In this document: positions 60,324 through 64,000 of the stretch, one piece after another
How positions within the stretch are numbered: position 1 is the first letter of the stretch
How the letters are laid out: the number at the start of each line of letters is the position of its first letter
Assembly (NCBI GenBank): GCA_048941285.1
Contig: JBHLNS010000001.1
Coordinates: 1 to 64,000 of the forward strand
Direction: 5' to 3'
Source: Promethearchaeota archaeon
GTDB taxonomy: Archaea; Asgardarchaeota; Lokiarchaeia; Sigyniarchaeales; SOKP01
DNA: 64,000 nt
Position numbers and translations under genes: made by a program
Notes under the pieces: generated by a model
The model's database searches: none
Told to the model about the DNA's origin: nothing
What the model saw: the letters and a program-made list of their open reading frames with translations, nothing else

Positions 60324-61491
60324 GAATTTTGAATTTCAAAAATATGATTAAAGTTGAAATTAGGGGAAAAATAATCAAAAAATACATAGAAAGGTAAAAG
60401 TCTCTATTAGTAAGTGTTAATAATAAACTGAAAAAAAGACCTCCCAAAAAACTACCAGAGAAAACACTTGTATTTGCATAACCCATATAACGTCCTTTAT
60501 TTTTTGGTGTTGTATTTTGAGCAATGTAAATTGTGGTAGCTACCCAATGAGTAGAGTAACTGAAAGACACTAAAACTTGAAAGAATAAATAGCTCCAGAA
60601 ATTATTAGATACAATATATCCAAAAATAGAAATTGCACTTAATAAATAACCAGTTATTATAAAAAATTTGAGATTTTTGATTGATATCACGTGCCCTATT
60701 AATAACATCTGAAAAAATTGTAATAAAAAGTTAATCCCAATCAAAAATCCGATTTCAATATAATTGCCTATATGAAAACTCATAATAACTGCTAAATTAG
60801 GCATAATTGGTTTAATACTAAAATTTCTAAAAAATAAACCATAGAAAATTGATAGAGAAATTGCACTTATAACTTTTGGGTTATTAAAAGATAGATCATT
60901 ATTACTTTTTCCCATCTTTGCATTATATCTCTCTATTATCAATGACCTATTTTCCCTAATAAATGCAACAAAAAGTATTGCTGGTAATGAAATTATTAAA
61001 ATAAGTAAGAAAATGTTTTCAATACCATAGATATCAATAAAAATACCACCAGATTGAGCTCCAAGAAACCAACCCCCCACAATGGCAGCATTAAAATAGG
61101 ACATTAGTTTTTTGTCATCTTCAACCAGTTCAGCAAATAAGGTCATCAACAAATTTGAAGATGCCATAAAAAATCCAAAAATAAATAGGAAAATAATCAT
61201 TAAAATCAGATCCTTAAATACAAATAAAAAAAGAAATGAGAAATTTAAACCAATTGTACCAAATATGATAAATATAAACCTATTTTGAATTTTATCAGAT
61301 AAATGACCATATAATGGGGGAAAAATAAAAGCCATTAAAGGAAATATAGTAATAATCAACTGTGTTAAGGCTGGGTCTACTCCTAAATTTAAAAGATATT
61401 TTGGAACATAGGTATAAACAATTATACCCGCAGTGTTTAAAACAAAAACTAAAATTAAAATAAGAATAACAGATTTTTTTGATAATATCAT
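60307..61491 (-). CDS. MFS transporter
   Basis: About twelve TM helices, GHLSDKIQNR motif A, KGRYMG; 17-bp convergent overlap with xpd. Confidence 0.88.
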   Translation of the reverse strand: MILSKKSVILILILVFVLNTAGIIVYTYVPKYLLNLGVDPALTQLIITIFPLMAFIFPPLYGHLSDKIQNRFIFIIFGTIGLNFSFLFLFVFKDLILMIIFLFIFGFFMASSNLLMTLFAELVEDDKKLMSYFNAAIVGGWFLGAQSGGIFIDIYGIENIFLLILIISLPAILFVAFIRENRSLIIERYNAKMGKSNNDLSFNNPKVISAISLSIFYGLFFRNFSIKPIMPNLAVIMSFHIGNYIEIGFLIGINFLLQFFQMLLIGHVISIKNLKFFIITGYLLSAISIFGYIVSNNFWSYLFFQVLVSFSYSTHWVATTIYIAQNTTPKNKGRYMGYANTSVFSGSFLGGLFFSLLLTLTNRDFYLSMYFLIIFPLISTLIIFLKFKIPKQVS

Positions 61492-61502
61492 GACATAAAC
61501 CT

Positions 61503-63302
61503 CTAATTGTTTGACAAGTGAAGATTCTTTATAGCATTATACAACTCAATTAATTTTTTGGAGACAATATTCCATCGGAAGTTATTTTCTACTCTTCTAT
61601 AACAGTTTTCTTTAATTTTAATGTAATATTTAGGATCCAATAGCACAATTGACTCTAAAATTTTATCAGGGATCTGATTAACTAGTTGGAAATTTTCAAT
61701 TTCATAAATATCGTCCTTACTTTTTACTTTTTCAGAAATTTCCTTTAATTTGAATAGAGAAATTAAAGCATCTGCAAATTGTTTTGGATTATCCTTATCA
61801 ATTAAAATACCTGTACCTATTTCTGGAAAATTTCTGATATCTATTATTGATTCTTGAAATCCTCCTACTTTTGTTGCAATTACAGGCAATTTTATAGACA
61901 TTGCTTCTAAAGCTATAATACCGAATGGTTCCCATCTAGAAAGAGCGCAATAAACATCAGAAGCAAAATGTGCAAGATGAAATATGTCTGTAGCTACTCC
62001 AAAAATGATTCTTAAGTTGTTAGGATACATTTTAACATATTGAGCATAAATTCGAATTTCATTTAAACTATAATCAGTAGGTAATATAAGAAATATAAAT
62101 TTAGCATTTGGGATAACTTTAAGTACTATAGGAATAGCTTCAAAGATAGTCTCAAATCCTTTTTGTGGAGATATTCTACCAGTTGTAATTACTAAAGGAC
62201 CAGATTGGTTAAAAGCCTTAATATATCCGTTTTTGACGAATCCAGTTCCATTTGAGATCTCATTAATAACTTTCAATACTTTCTCTGATTGAATTAATGG
62301 ACTCCTGTCCAAATGCGATAACTTATAGGTCAATAAATAATTCTTCATGTCTAATAAGGTTAAGTCCTTTTCATATGATATATGTAAAACATCTCTTATT
62401 TCTTGCTCATGATTTTTTAACACTTGTTTATAGATTTCATTATAATCCCAATCACAACCATCCCAGACGAAATTGGATTTGAATTCAATTAACTCCTTCC
62501 CACAATTCGGTATGATATCTGACTTTAAATAGGATTGGCTAACTGTTGTTACTAAATCACTAATAAATGCCCCTATTTGTTCTACAGTAGGTGGTCGATA
62601 CTCTCCACTTATTTTCTCAGATATTGAAAAAATTTCGTTTATGTTTAGTGATTTAATACCCTCTTTAAAATAGATAGTAATTGGAGTTTGATCAATCCCA
62701 CATGCTCGATAAAATTCTATTGGATATCTCGGCCAAGTTAGTAAATGGATTGTGATTATTGAAGCAACATCTAGTCCATTTTTAATTAAAATTTGTTTTA
62801 TTCCAATAAATGGGATAACAGCATGATAATCATGAATATGAATTATGTCAGGTAAAAAATTTTTGCAGTTATCAATTAAATAATCAATATAGCAACACAT
62901 TCCTATACTAAACAAGCAAATCTTTCCGCTAAGTGTATCTGGATTATAAACGGTTCTATCATCTAAAAATTTATTAGTAAATGGATTTTCACCATGTAAT
63001 AAAATAACATTTACATTATTTATCTGTGATCTGTAAAATGCAATGTTATATGTCGATTCTGGTTCATTTATTCCGAACTGAGATGGACTAATTTGTCCTA
63101 CACAGTTAAATGGTAATTTTTGCCATTGAAGTGATCTTTCTAGCTTGGTTAATTGACCGTGTGAAGGAATAAACACAGTGATATTATAATCATTAGATAA
63201 ATGTTTAGCTTGATTAGCAGGTACTTCTCCAAGCCCACCTACTTTAATAATTCCCGCGTATTCAAAAGTAAATATCCAAATATTATCTTTATTTTTTATC
63301 AA
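61503..63302 (-). CDS. glgA: Glycogen/starch synthase-like glycosyltransferase
   Basis: KVGGLG, HIHDYH, TIH, TTVS..Y, GRISPQKG, SRWEPFGI..LEAM, VGG. Confidence 0.8.
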   Translation of the reverse strand: MIKNKDNIWIFTFEYAGIIKVGGLGEVPANQAKHLSNDYNITVFIPSHGQLTKLERSLQWQKLPFNCVGQISPSQFGINEPESTYNIAFYRSQINNVNVILLHGENPFTNKFLDDRTVYNPDTLSGKICLFSIGMCCYIDYLIDNCKNFLPDIIHIHDYHAVIPFIGIKQILIKNGLDVASIITIHLLTWPRYPIEFYRACGIDQTPITIYFKEGIKSLNINEIFSISEKISGEYRPPTVEQIGAFISDLVTTVSQSYLKSDIIPNCGKELIEFKSNFVWDGCDWDYNEIYKQVLKNHEQEIRDVLHISYEKDLTLLDMKNYLLTYKLSHLDRSPLIQSEKVLKVINEISNGTGFVKNGYIKAFNQSGPLVITTGRISPQKGFETIFEAIPIVLKVIPNAKFIFLILPTDYSLNEIRIYAQYVKMYPNNLRIIFGVATDIFHLAHFASDVYCALSRWEPFGIIALEAMSIKLPVIATKVGGFQESIIDIRNFPEIGTGILIDKDNPKQFADALISLFKLKEISEKVKSKDDIYEIENFQLVNQIPDKILESIVLLDPKYYIKIKENCYRRVENNFRWNIVSKKLIELYNAIKNLHLSNN

Positions 63303-63526
63303 GATATTTCAATCTTATTAGAACGCATTTAATGATTTAAAAACAAAAAATTGAGTACATCTTTAATAGTAATGAAGTCTAATTCGTTAAAAAAAGAATT
63401 TTATTAAAAGTTAATTAAATTTTGATATGTTTGACTCAATTACGACAAAAAGTAAATTTAATAATTATGGATTAATCGTAATATCAATAAAAATATCAAA
63501 TAACTGTAAATAAAAAAAGAATATTT

Positions 63527-63916
63527 TTGGTGATAATTTGGATGGTAGATTTTGAAGTAATTGATTCTGGTATTCCAGCAGCTGGACCTTATAGTTCTGG
63601 GATAAAAGCCGGTAATCTAATCTTTGTTTCAGGGCAAGTTCCTAGTCCAGAAGCAAGAAATATTAAAGAACAAACATTAGCTGTACTAGAAAAAATTAAG
63701 AAAGTATTAAAAGCCGCTGGAGCGAGTATCTCGAGTATTGTAAAAGTTTCTATCTTTCTGAAAAATATAAGTGATTTCAAAGAGATGAATCTAACATATA
63801 AAAAGTTTTTTGAAGAAAATGGGGTATCTAATAAATTTCCTGCAAGAACTACAATTGAGGCGAATTGTCCACTTCCAAATGCTTTAATTGAAATTGATGC
63901 TATAGCAGTATTATAG
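63527..63916 (+). CDS. RidA/YjgF/UK114 family reactive intermediate deaminase
   Basis: AGPYS, FVSGQ, F..MN..Y, PAR, LP..IEID; start probably ATG 63542. Confidence 0.92.
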   Translation: MVIIWMVDFEVIDSGIPAAGPYSSGIKAGNLIFVSGQVPSPEARNIKEQTLAVLEKIKKVLKAAGASISSIVKVSIFLKNISDFKEMNLTYKKFFEENGVSNKFPARTTIEANCPLPNALIEIDAIAVL

Positions 63917-64000
63917 AAAATTTTAAAGTTATTTATAATAAAAATTCTTATTTCTCTTAAAATTAAATTATAAATAGGATTTCATTTTAACCTAAATAAT

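Noticed and set aside
2530-63780. Short ORFs overlapping confident genes (e.g. 2530, 6139, 7223, 8697, 9422, 14018, 15595, 16813, 18950, 23083, 23482, 25536, 26529, 33700, 35914, 39724, 40297, 42793, 45323, 47173, 48081, 54693, 56243, 57322, 59603, 62297, 63589)
   Set aside because: Shadow ORFs in antisense or alternative frames of well-supported genes
1-64000. Defence island, provirus, transposase, rRNA or tRNA genes
   Set aside because: No integrase, transposase, capsid, restriction-modification or cas motifs, and no GC-rich cloverleaf or rRNA-like segment seen

Overview
AT-rich, gene-dense archaeal chromosome segment, most consistent with an Asgard archaeon (Lokiarchaeia-like). The basis is the co-occurrence of H4MPT-branch C1 genes (ftr, mtd, mch), archaeal GlyRS, XPD, RecJ/GAN and a beta-CASP nuclease with eukaryotic-signature proteins: a RagA/Gtr1-like GTPase with a C-terminal roadblock-like domain, a Rab-like GTPase and a eukaryote-like presenilin. 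1-13 kb is an acyl-CoA/beta-oxidation-type cluster. It is followed by housekeeping genes, TPR proteins, two surface glycoproteins, a purine/MTA salvage trio, a gcvT-H-PA-PB operon and a glycogen-synthase-like gene. I saw no rRNA, tRNA, CRISPR array or intact transposase. Main observations: (i) three conserved genes (gcvPB, xpd, a DUF4037 gene) have family-conserved N-termini but no in-frame ATG/GTG/TTG, and instead carry ATA/ATC codons at a Shine-Dalgarno distance matching an ATG control, suggesting AUA/AUC initiation; (ii) an in-frame TGA at a conserved Trp; (iii) a presenilin divergent from a variant archaemetzincin; (iv) a Rag-like GTPase sharing a tandem-repeat promoter region with purine salvage genes; (v) a thiolase lacking its nucleophilic Cys, paired with a DUF35 protein; (vi) an internally deleted FrhB homologue; (vii) hairpin-rich intergenic regions. 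All functional calls come from reading motifs by eye; no database searches were run.
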